Origin: Lingula anatina
Taxonomy: Eukaryota > Animalia > Brachiopoda
Direction: 5' to 3'
DNA: 64,000 nucleotides
Assembly: GCA_051362555.1 (NCBI GenBank)
Contig: CM120643.1
Coordinates: forward strand, 8,308,001-8,372,000
Part shown: positions 13,175 to 23,637 of the stretch, in pieces
Position numbering within the stretch: the first letter of the stretch is position 1
Layout of the letters: every line of letters starts with the position of its first letter
Position numbers and translations under genes: made by a program
The notes under the pieces: model-generated
What the model was told of the DNA's origin: nothing
Seen by the model: the letters and a program-made list of their open reading frames with translations, nothing else
The model's database searches: none

Positions 13175-13361
13175 AATGTAGAATTACTGGGTAGGATATA
13201 TATATGGGGTAGAACAGGTAGTATTTCAAGGGGGTCTTGAAAAGGTCTTGAAAAGACTCCATTCCCAGGTGAAAATGCATTTAAAATGGGTGACATTTTT
13301 TATTGTGCAAACATGAAAATGCACTCTAGATAAAAAGGGTTTAAATAAATGAGCATTCTTA

Positions 13362-13887
13362 TGCCCCTATTTCACACAGACCACGAATCCCACGAATGGC
13401 CATGAATTGTCAAATTTCAGGATTCGTGGTTGAATCGTAATCAGTTCGTGAAGTTCTTAACAGATTCCTATATATTCGTAGTCAGTTCTTGCACTCCTTG
13501 ACCAACAGGAATTAGTAGCAAAAACTTTGATGCCCCTATTTCACACAGACCACGAATCCCACGGAATTGAAAATTTCAGGATTCATGGTTGAATCGTAGT
13601 CAGTTCTTGTACTTCTTGATCAATCGGGAATTCGTGGCAAAAATATTGAGCTGTTCAAAATTTTGGCCACTGACTCCCGATTCCAAAAAATCATAGTGAA
13701 TTTCTGGCCAATATTTGTGCGATTCCAGCCGAATCCCACGAGTATTCGAAACACTATCACACCTGTATTGTAACTGAATCGTAGAGCATGTCGAATTAGC
13801 CCAGAAAATTGGCAAAATCTCACGAATCCTGAAATTTGTCGATTCCTGGCGATTTGTGGGATTCATGGTCTGTGTGAAATAGGGGCA
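13362..13887. mobile_element. PIF/Harbinger-like MITE with duplicated left end
   Basis: TIR TGCCCCTATTTCACACAGACCA at 13362 and again at 13531. The reverse complement ends at 13887, and TTA flanks the whole unit. Confidence 0.82.
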
Positions 13888-16699
13888 TTATGGGGACTGT
13901 ATTTTAGTCTATAGCTACTCATGATAATTTCAAGGCAACAGTTTTGTATAATAATGTAAATACCTGCAAACCACTTCATCCCCTTCATCCAACTCTTGGT
14001 CTCTCTTTTTGATAAAAATCAATCATGTTTGGGGTAAAAAATTATTATTTTTATTTTTAAATTTCTTAAAACATGCCTAGAGGTAGAATTTTGTGACCAT
14101 TTCCAAAGAACTCGACCTGACCTTCACTATTGGTCCCCCAAGTGTGTGTAGTCGGTGCCTCTCTTCATAAAATTTACAGGGAAATTGAACCCATTATCCA
14201 CAAACCACACTGCCCAGACAGTGAGTGATTGAATTATTGTTGCGGACTCTTGGGGGAACACATAATGTAACTGGCATAGTTTAACATTAAATAATTAAAA
14301 ACTTCAAGTTAAATTCACTGTGCACCACTTGTTTTTCATCTTGTAAATACAGAGGATGCCGGTACATATGTAACTCATCATCTGAAACTCATACTGAACA
14401 ATTTTTCCAAGAATTTTTTTTTACTAATACTCCTTTGATTCTCCTTTCCTGGCATTCACCATAACTCTGTAATAATATCAGAGAATTAAAACGTTCTTAA
14501 CTCATGCTTAAGCGTGTTTTTTTATCCTTTTTTTTTCAAATTCAACCATCACTTCATGCACTAAATTCTGGTTTGCTCACGATTTAAACAATGTCAAGAT
14601 GACTGACTGGTGGCAAGTTTCGTAAGGAGGTGATTAATTAAATTATTTTTTGTGACATTAATTCATGGCATTTATCTGTTTAAAATTATCAAAAAGTATT
14701 GCCTGTCTTCAGATAAGTTAAACAAAGTTTAAAATCTTACACTTTGTCCCTTTAACTTGCACACTCAGAGGCTCAATCTTTTAAATATGCAGCATAAAAA
14801 TAATGGGGGTCTTTTAAAAATCATTACCGTAGAAGCTGAAGTCATGTCATAGAAAATCTGATCAATTTACATGCCAATTTATTAAAAAAAAAAAAAAAAT
14901 TGCATGCTTCTTTTTCAGCATTAGCAAAAATGAGAAATTTGGCATGCCCTCTCAGTTGTGCAGATTTTTCTAAAACAAAAATTCTTCTCGGCATTCAGTG
15001 GAAATTGCTTAGTATTTAAAGGAAAAAAAAAAATGTTTATTTTTTCCTCAAGTCCATATTTTGTCCATAATAAAATTTCCATAGCTCTTGTCTTAGCATC
15101 CCCACTGGCCTACAAAAGAATTTAGTTAGTTCACTATGAAACATCGTCATTAATTAGCCAAAAGCTTTATATCAACTGGGTCATTATCTTTACCGAAAAG
15201 GATTCAAAATTCCAGGATTTAACACAAATGTCGATTTCTTCGAAGGATCCCATTTTAAAGGTTAATATCTTCCATGTCTTTCAGTCACAATATTATGGCC
15301 AAATCATTTTTCAACGAAGAGTAAAACATACTTTGAGGAAATGCAAAATGACAACTAGATAAATCTTCTTCTGTAATCTAATGTAAAAGTGATAGTTGGA
15401 TCTCGTCATGACATGCATGGTTAATTCAAAATTTCACCTCGACATGATGAGAGGGAGTAGGCATACTGAGAACAAAATATTGGTTCCGTTTCCTCGGGAC
15501 ATCTTCCTTAAAATAAAATATATTATTTTAGAAAGGCTAAAATAGGAGGCCAGGTCCCACACTGACTCCATCAATAAAAAAAAAATAGCTATTTCTTTAT
15601 AATTGGCAATTGAAAGTTTATTCAGTAAGGACACAAGGAAAATTTGCTGGCATAAATCAAACAAATTCAATTGAGCGTCTAGCTCTTATTTGTAAAATGC
15701 CTTGAATTTTTGTACATCTATTTAAAAGATAATTCCTATACTTTAATTGATCTTACATTCTTGCCGATTCTTCCCACCTTGACACTCTAGTTCATCGGAC
15801 ACAGTAAGACCTCTGTCAGACATCGTCAAGTCTCCCCTCTTGAGTCCTTGCGAGGGTGAATATGATTATGATTACGATTTAAAGACAAATGTATCAAGAA
15901 TACACTTTTTAACGGTTTTGATACAAAAATCATTTTAAAATGTTCAAGGTAATACATACAATATCATACAATATTTTTTAATTGTTTTAAAAATCATTTT
16001 AAATTATCATTTTTATATTATTAAAATACACATTACAAGTTGAGCACTTTCTTGCACAGTGCCTTGACTGAACAAAATATTTCAAAGTATATACTTTGCT
16101 GATATATAGAGGTTTATCAGATCTTGTTTTCAAATTAACGTGCAGTATCTAGGATCTGATGCACAGTCGCCATGCTTTTCACCAGTCAGATGCCTTCGAC
16201 TAAGAGTTTTGGCTTCAAACCACAAAAAAGAAATTGGAATTTTCAATTTTAAGATACAAACCCAATGAGACTAGTTAGATTTAAAACAATTTAGTCTGAT
16301 GAGACAAGTAGGATTTTATCTGTCTGGCATATCTTTTCAAATTCTGTATATATGTAAACAAATGTTTCTGTGTAACTGCTTACAATCTTATTTAGTAATC
16401 AAAAAAGCTTATGCAATGTGGCAATTTCTTAAGTTGTATCAGTAAGTTTTAAGGTCTAACATTCAGAAAACAAGTGCTGTTTTGACAAAACAAGACCAAA
16501 GTCCACATAAGAAGGGCTTGATTCAATTAAATAAAGTTTTTTAACATTATGCTAGTAAGTACATAGTTCTTCCACAGAAGCTATTACTTCCTTTTTTCAA
16601 CATGTTAAATGTACACTCAAATGTGGCAGCATTTCCTACTGCATAACATACCACCCAAGGAATTCAATATAACTCGGGTCTCATAAATGATAATTGTCA

Positions 16700-16933
16700 T
16701 TTACTAACATTACCTGCAGATCTCTTAGCACTAACACCCATATTAACCACCAAACCCACAAATTTACCAGCACACCGTAAAAGCAGTGAACACTACCATA
16801 ACGATTCCTAGCATTAACATTCATTCGCTTTGGTAGTGGTAAATACTTTTACGGTGTGTTGGTTAATTTGTGGGTTTTGTGGTTATTACAGGTGTTAGTG
16901 CTTAAAGATCTGTGGGTAGTGTTAGTAAACCCC
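16700..16933. mobile_element. Palindromic MITE family C
   Basis: TTTACTAACATTACC ... GGTAGTGTTAGTAAACCCC|TAA fold-back. A homologous left-truncated copy lies at 6994-7156. Confidence 0.72.
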
Positions 16934-17097
16934 TAATCTGTTCACACAAAATATGGCCAACTCTGTTCTCTTAGCACCAGCCATTCCTTTCACTATCTCT
17001 TATATAGTCCCAGTGAAGGATTCTGCAACCTCATTCCTCCCACATGGTTGTATTTGTAAACTTGCACAGAGTCAGAAGGAAACCCAGGTCTCTCCTG

Positions 17098-20000
17098 TCA
17101 GTCAAAGTGTAAGGCCGAATATGTGATAATCCAAAGAACCTGAAATGAAATGAAATATGAAGCATTACTGCATTTTAAAAAAATCTTTAAAAAGAGTGCA
17201 TTAAACCTATACGCCAACCTTTCAATCCAAAGGAAAGATTCGCAGACAATCCAATTCTCAACTTTTCAAGCCATACATCCTGGCACATATCAACTTTATA
17301 GGAAATTTGACAGGCTGATTTGGTTATTTCTGATGGAACATTCTTGGCAACTGATTTTTGATGTACATACCTATTTTTTTTTTTTTTTTTTTTGCAAAGC
17401 ACTGGCATCAAAGGTCTTTTAAAACATTTTTAAAGAGTATTGCATTTTTTTTGCAAAAATTTTATTTTAATATCAGCTGCATCCTTTTTTTTCATTCCCC
17501 AACCATAAAAATCTATAAAACATTCTGATCAACTTAATGGAAATCTATGTTGCCGCTTACAGACTGGATCACAGAAAAAGTTCAAAACCCTTGACAAAAC
17601 ATGATTTATAGAGAAGTGGCCTGAATTCAAACAAGATGCATTTAATCAACATGCACCATCTAAAAAAACACCTGCGCCTCAGTAAATAAAGATCCCCAAA
17701 TGGATTGGATGGATCCATGCAGAAATCAACCTGCTGTGGGCGGACACTGACATAGATTGATATTACCAGAGGGAGCCAGTGAAAAATGATAGTCCCAATT
17801 CCATGCCAATACTTCAATCTGTCAAAGATGTATAACCATACACATTGACTTATTAGCATGTTATGCAACTGTAAGATCACTTTCTATAAGTTCTTTTTTC
17901 AAGACTGACTCCCATACTGATTTCAATGTTAAACTGATTGAATAAAGTTTACCAGGATGATAATTCAAAGTGATTTTAATGGTAATTATTTCTTATTAAC
18001 ATTTTTGTTGATAAGAATTAATCACTTTTTTTGGAACCAAGGGTTTTCCCAGCAAACCATCCAGCCGTCATTTGGATGGCAGCCAGCACCACTGGACAGC
18101 CTATATTTTAAAAGACGTTTGGACAGCTTATGGATTTTTTTTTTGGAAAATTGCCGGCTTTAGGCATACTTGGACTCTCTGAAATTTGTAGGAAAATTCA
18201 GGTGGCAATTTTGGATGGCCTGTACCCCCAATCCTGGGGAAAAGCCCTGTTTGGAACAAAATTTTATAAAACAGCAAAGCTTCACTTTTATCACAAGAGC
18301 ATGATCAGGCTGAATACCCACAGGTCATTGGGTGTTGGTGGACCTGTGAGCAAGTCTTACTCAGGGTGGTAATTGGCAAAATGCCCCCCCCCCCCCTTTG
18401 TTAAAAAAAAAGTGATTTTCATCACCACAATAGTTACTAAATACAAGACCTTGAAAAGATAAACAATCTAACAGAAAATTGCTTCTTGCCATAAAAATAT
18501 AACTTACTAAAAATGAGGCAAAGGATGTCATTAATCCTTCTTTTAAAATTTCAGATGGGCCGCCAAATTTGTCATCATCAACTTTGTGGTATGTGTTGTA
18601 AAAGAAATATGTAACTCCTGTTAGAACAGCAAAGAATCTGAAAGATAAAAACATATTCAAAAATTTGTGAAAAAAATAAAGATTTGTTAAATATCACATA
18701 CATTGCACAATTTTAATTTTAATTTAATTATAACCTAAAAACATCATACATAACAAAATGAGAAAAAACTAATGTCACTGTTCATTACAACTCAATGTTG
18801 AATCAATCACATTTTTAACTTTATAGTAGACTACTTATGTACAAATTGCAAGTAACTCTTCTCAGGAAAATACAAGTCTATATCTTCTTCATATGCAAAC
18901 AACTGTTAATCTTTTTTTTTTTTTTTTGGCTACAGGAAATATTTCTTTTGCTTTCTTGTCCTCTTTTCAGCTCAGATTTCATCTTGTTAAAATCTTCCAC
19001 TTTTAGAAAACCAAAATCTTTGCAATAGTGAGATCAATGTTGTTTTTATTTCAGTTATATCAAACCATATTGTGGACTTACAGAGCTAATCCTAAAAACC
19101 CCTTCAGAGGTACAATACCCCATATCAGTCCAAGAACTACTCCTAGAATTTGTCGCATCCAGTAAACCACATCTAGGAAATCATCCTGAAAAAAGGGCAG
19201 CAAAACTGTCAAATGTACAGACAAAAAGAGAGGTATACTGAACATTTTAAAACATAAGGAATAAATATGATATGACAAAATATTGGTATTATTTACAACT
19301 TATTGACCTCATTTATTAAGTCATCTTAAAGAAATGGAGGTTGATTAAAATTTAAACATTAGGAATAAAAAAATATTGGAATAAATTTAATTACAATGAA
19401 TGAGGATTACATTCTGACAAAAAGGTAGGTTTAACATAAGGAATATAACAAATCTTAGAATAAATTACAATTAACCTCACATAGTAAGTCATAATGAAAA
19501 AAAGTGAAGGTGGATTGAAAATTAAACATTAGGAAAATAACAAATGTTGGTATTAATTGCCATACTTTTAAGTTAAAATATTTCTTTTAGACAACTTCCT
19601 ATTTCCTTAATGAAAAAGTATAAAAATAAAAGTTACTTCTCCTAAACCATTTGCTATATAGTTGCATTTTAGCTTGGATTTTAAATCATCAAAAAAAAAA
19701 AAAAAAAAAAAAAATTAAATTGAAAACTCCCCATAAAAAGAGTATAATACCTAATAATAAAATTTTACAGACAGATATTCTTTTCATCAATTTTTATGTT
19801 AGAATCACAAACTGAGTGAATGTTACAAATGACATAAACTAATAGATATCCAATTATTGAATTGATATATACTGCAGACTTAAGTACCTTTGGAACTTTA
19901 AAACCCATAGTATCACAAACACACTAAACACAATTAATCCAAAAAATTGAATATCTTTCACCTAGAGAATTGCTAAATGCCAAGTAGCCAACATCTCAAC

Positions 20001-21690
20001 TGAAGATCAATGTGCTTGTTCATTTCATTTAAAATAGTCTTCTTAATGTCTTGTTTCCCCAGGGGTCATGGCCTTTCAAAGTTTCCTTTCTTTATAAGCA
20101 TCATTAGATAACAGTTTCAGACATTTGTACATAGCATTTCCCATATGACAAGCTGATCTCCATGTTCCTGTGATACAACTAACCAATATGTTGAAAGTGT
20201 AAGGATGCTCACAGCACGTAGAGAGGAGAAACAGATTCAAAAGTGTATCATACTAGTAGAATACAGATGTCTAGTTCAACCTTTATCTTATCTTGTTATA
20301 GTAACATTAATAAATTGTGGAGCTCCGTTTTGTTTGTGCACAGTTTGTGCACAGTCTGCATTTCAATTCTCCAAGTTCAGTGATTCCCGTATTAAAATTT
20401 CCTTCACCTCAAATGGCCTAAACTATTGGTTACACATGCTTTATAAAATAAGTGTGAAAAGTGCATAAAGCTGGGTTATAAAGTGCTGTTACTTTGAAGG
20501 CAAACTGCACCCCATTGCATTAGTTGAAATGGGTAAAACACAATCATGGAACATTGTTATATTTTGCTTTGAGAGGATAAGCAGTTGGAAATGGAGATTA
20601 CTAGTAGTCTATACAATATTGTAAGTAAAAAAGCTGCTTTTTTTCTTCTTCTTCCCTCTCTGCCTTCTCTCCCCAAATTACTCATACAATTATGAGGACT
20701 TAACTAAATGCAGGGTATCCCTTAAATATGTGACTGCATTCTTTCTTTATATTATTTAACTATTAGCCATTTTAAAGGGGTGAAAGGTAATGCATATACA
20801 CAACAATATCTAATATTATAATGGAAATTTGTACTTATAATATCTTTTTGTTGATGTTGATGAATGTTGTGACAGCAGCTAGGACACGATGAACATAGAT
20901 AAACACATCTCTTTCCAAAATACTCCTGTAATCACAAGCTTTTCTGTATTCCACTCATTAGTCAATGTCAGGAGGTTGCATGTTGACCTGATAGCATGAA
21001 AATTCATGCGTTAGCACTTCTATTGACAGTTTCTGATAGGTAATGGCTGTCACCGCATTAGGAGTGCTAACGCAAAAAATTTTGTGCTAGTTGACCTGAT
21101 TGCACTCAGTGAGTCCCCGCAGAATAGGATCATTCTATGTAGAACAATAGCTTCATTGGGAATGAGCCCTAAGAGTTCACTAGTAACTTAGACTTGTATT
21201 GGTAAGGGCTTGACATTGTCCTAATATAATCAGTCTCAAGGATTTTGATTTATGTTTTTAAACTCTCCATCGGTTAGTTTGGTAGAAAAGGTTTAGTACC
21301 GAAAAGGTGAACAGGGATGCTAAAGAGCCTGAGGGATATTGTCTTGCTGGGGTTATGCTGTGTAGTGATCGACTGGTCGGGGTAGACCCGGGCTCGATGG
21401 CTCAGGGCTCAGTGGTTAAGTGCTATGGCGGTGGGTGAGCATCCCCGGTTCTTCCCCATTCGGTTCAGGTGTTTCCCCCAAAACGCTGTGTACAGCTGGC
21501 ATTGCTAGCATTGCTGCGTCTCGACTACATGATGATTTGCCTAAGAAATATATGCAATTTTGTATTAATGTGGTACCTTATTTTCCCATTCTGTTTCTGC
21601 TGTTATAGCCATATTCCACAGCTCTCGTACCGATTTGTCGCTGACCTCCGATTTTGATTCAACATTTCGTTTTCTGGCAGAATTTTGCAT
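17098..21690 (-). CDS. RAB5IF: RAB5-interacting factor / C20orf24 / OPTI (GEL complex membrane subunit), 129 aa, 4 coding exons
   Basis: Exons 21690-21577, 19185-19082, 18637-18508 and 17139-17098 total 390 nt with consistent phases. Protein: MQNSARKR...ELWNMAITAETEWENK/DDFLDVVYWMRQILGVVLGLIWGIVPLKGFLGLAL/FFAV...EILKEGLMTSFASFL/VLWIITYSALHFD*. DxFLDVxYWxRQ and KEGxMTSFA are family motifs. Confidence 0.92.
18038..18249. mobile_element. hAT-type MITE (212 bp)
   Basis: Termini CAAGGGTTTTCCC / GGGAAAAGCCCTG with a perfect 8-bp target duplication TTTGGAAC. A second copy lies at 32083-32306. Confidence 0.82.
20992..21089. mobile_element. 98-bp hairpin mini-element with 10-bp target duplication (Mutator-like)
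   Basis: GTTGACCTGA at 20982-20991 and 21090-21099 flanks about 34-bp imperfect TIRs (TAGCATGAAAATTCATGCGTTAGCACT / AGTGCTAACGCAAAAAATTTTGTGCTA). Confidence 0.7.
21406..21515 (+). mobile_element. Possible degenerate tRNA-derived SINE head
   Basis: A-box-like GGCTCAGTGGTTAAG and B-box-like CCGGTTCTTCCCC in a locally GC-rich intronic patch. No intact cloverleaf seen. Confidence 0.3.
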
Positions 21691-22065
21691 TTTAATACTA
21701 CGGGGAAGCGTGTCTTCTAATAAGTAGGTCAAGTGATACTGCCCTGCAGCAAACAAAATGCAGCATTTTTAAATTATTTTTTGATAATTTCATATTTGAT
21801 TGGGCTGTCTAATTAACATTAAAGCTGAAATATGGACATAAAACGAAAACTTATTTTGGGGATATCAGCAAAGTTACACATTTTGTGATGTGCCAAAACA
21901 AATCCACCAATCACAGCCATGATTTCTGTCAAGCCCGTCTCAAGGGTGTAACTGGTGCTGATATCGGCCAGTCAGGTGTGGAAGTGGTGACTCAAACGGT
22001 TGACATTTAATCATGAAACCAGACATTTTAACCACGTAGTAGTTAGCGTATCACAGAAACAAATC
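21691..22065. promoter_or_regulatory. Putative bidirectional promoter RAB5IF / rhophilin
   Basis: Only 375 bp separate the divergent start codons. ATTGG at 21799, CCAAT at 21907, ETS-like GGAAGTG at 21980 and TGACTCA at 21988. Confidence 0.55.
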
Positions 22066-23584
22066 ATGAACGGAGTAGCAGACATCAAAAGAAAGGTAAG
22101 CTATGCTACACATCGTCGTGATGATGTGGTTTGAACTTAAACATTTCAGTTCCACGATTATTCTTAATTTGACTTTTCCAATATCAACACTGATTGAAAA
22201 AAAGTACGCTTTTTTAGGTCGACATGCCCTTTTCGTTTCAAACCCCGTATTTTTCTATGCATAGTGGGGCAATCTAAGAGGTTACTAAAATATCTGGAAT
22301 CAAATTAATCCCCCTGTACAACAGTGTGCGCCTGCAAGTTGACTGAGGCGAGATTGGGACGTGAAGTTCATAATTAACACCGTATATTCACATGTGTGGT
22401 GAACAAGAGACTTTGACTTATGGTCCACCAGTTCATTTCTGTAGTGTTAACAACCGGTATACACTGCAAATTAAGTATGTCTCCTGGTGCCAGTGGCACA
22501 CGACTTCCTCCAACAATACCTGGGTGAATTCTAATGTTTGTGATGTGGATTTTGAACATACTTTATTTATTTACAGTATTTATTAGTTTTTGTTATTTCT
22601 CATCTTTTCACTTTTACCAAAAAAAAAAAAAAGAAAAAAAGGCATAGTTTTTTTTCTTAAGGGTGTGTATATAAACTTACACTTTTGTGTTATTCAAAAC
22701 ATATTTAATTTGTGTGTAACTTCTGTCGGTATTGAATGGTAGCCAGTGAAAGTCATGCCCTAAAAAGATAAAGGTACTGTTTATGACGTAAATATGGGGA
22801 TTAAAACTAATTAATCACCAGGCGGTATCGATTCTATTTTTGTGTAATCTGTGAGTTGTGTAATAACATGTGACGCAACCTTTTTTTTTTAAAATGTATT
22901 TGATTTTGTTTGTTTTGTAACAGGTGAGAAAGGTGAGTATCATTGCTTGGAATACTAATTTGGTTTAATTCAGGACAAAATTTAATATTATTCAATAATT
23001 TTAAATATGATGATTTCAGTATTGCTCAAATGGATTTCAAATGACATATAATTTATCATTAAAATTTTCTTTTTGCTCTGTACAAATGCCTGTATGTTTT
23101 TTTGCTATCAAGCAATTTTCCCTACCAAATCAATAACTAATGGAACATGCACATGTTAACATGACTCGAGGTATATTTTCACCTATTTCATCCTTTATAC
23201 ATCTTTCAAATTCTCATAAAAATTAATTAATTGGTGAAAATAGTTAACCAATACATCCGAGCAATACTGAATGTAATTTAAATAAGGTGTTTTACAAGGT
23301 GTCATCATTTCCAGATAACTACATAACTTAAACCCTGCTTCACGATGGTAATGACTGTTAATATATTATTGACATTTCTGGTCTGTTATCCAATGGCCAT
23401 ATTATCTTTTGTTTATATGGTATTGGATTAGTAACTGATTAAAGCTTGCACTAACCTTTGGGCATTTGACTACTAGTTGACAATGGTGATCACGGTACAA
23501 CTTTTGAGTTATGGTGAACTGATGCCTCATCTATGTTTTATTTACTTGATTATGGATAAGATAAACTGCATGTAATATAATACA

Positions 23585-23637
<53 letters not shown>

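Noticed and set aside
21406-21480. Possible tRNA gene
   Set aside because: A/B-box-like motifs are present, but no acceptor stem or cloverleaf could be built. At best a decayed SINE head.
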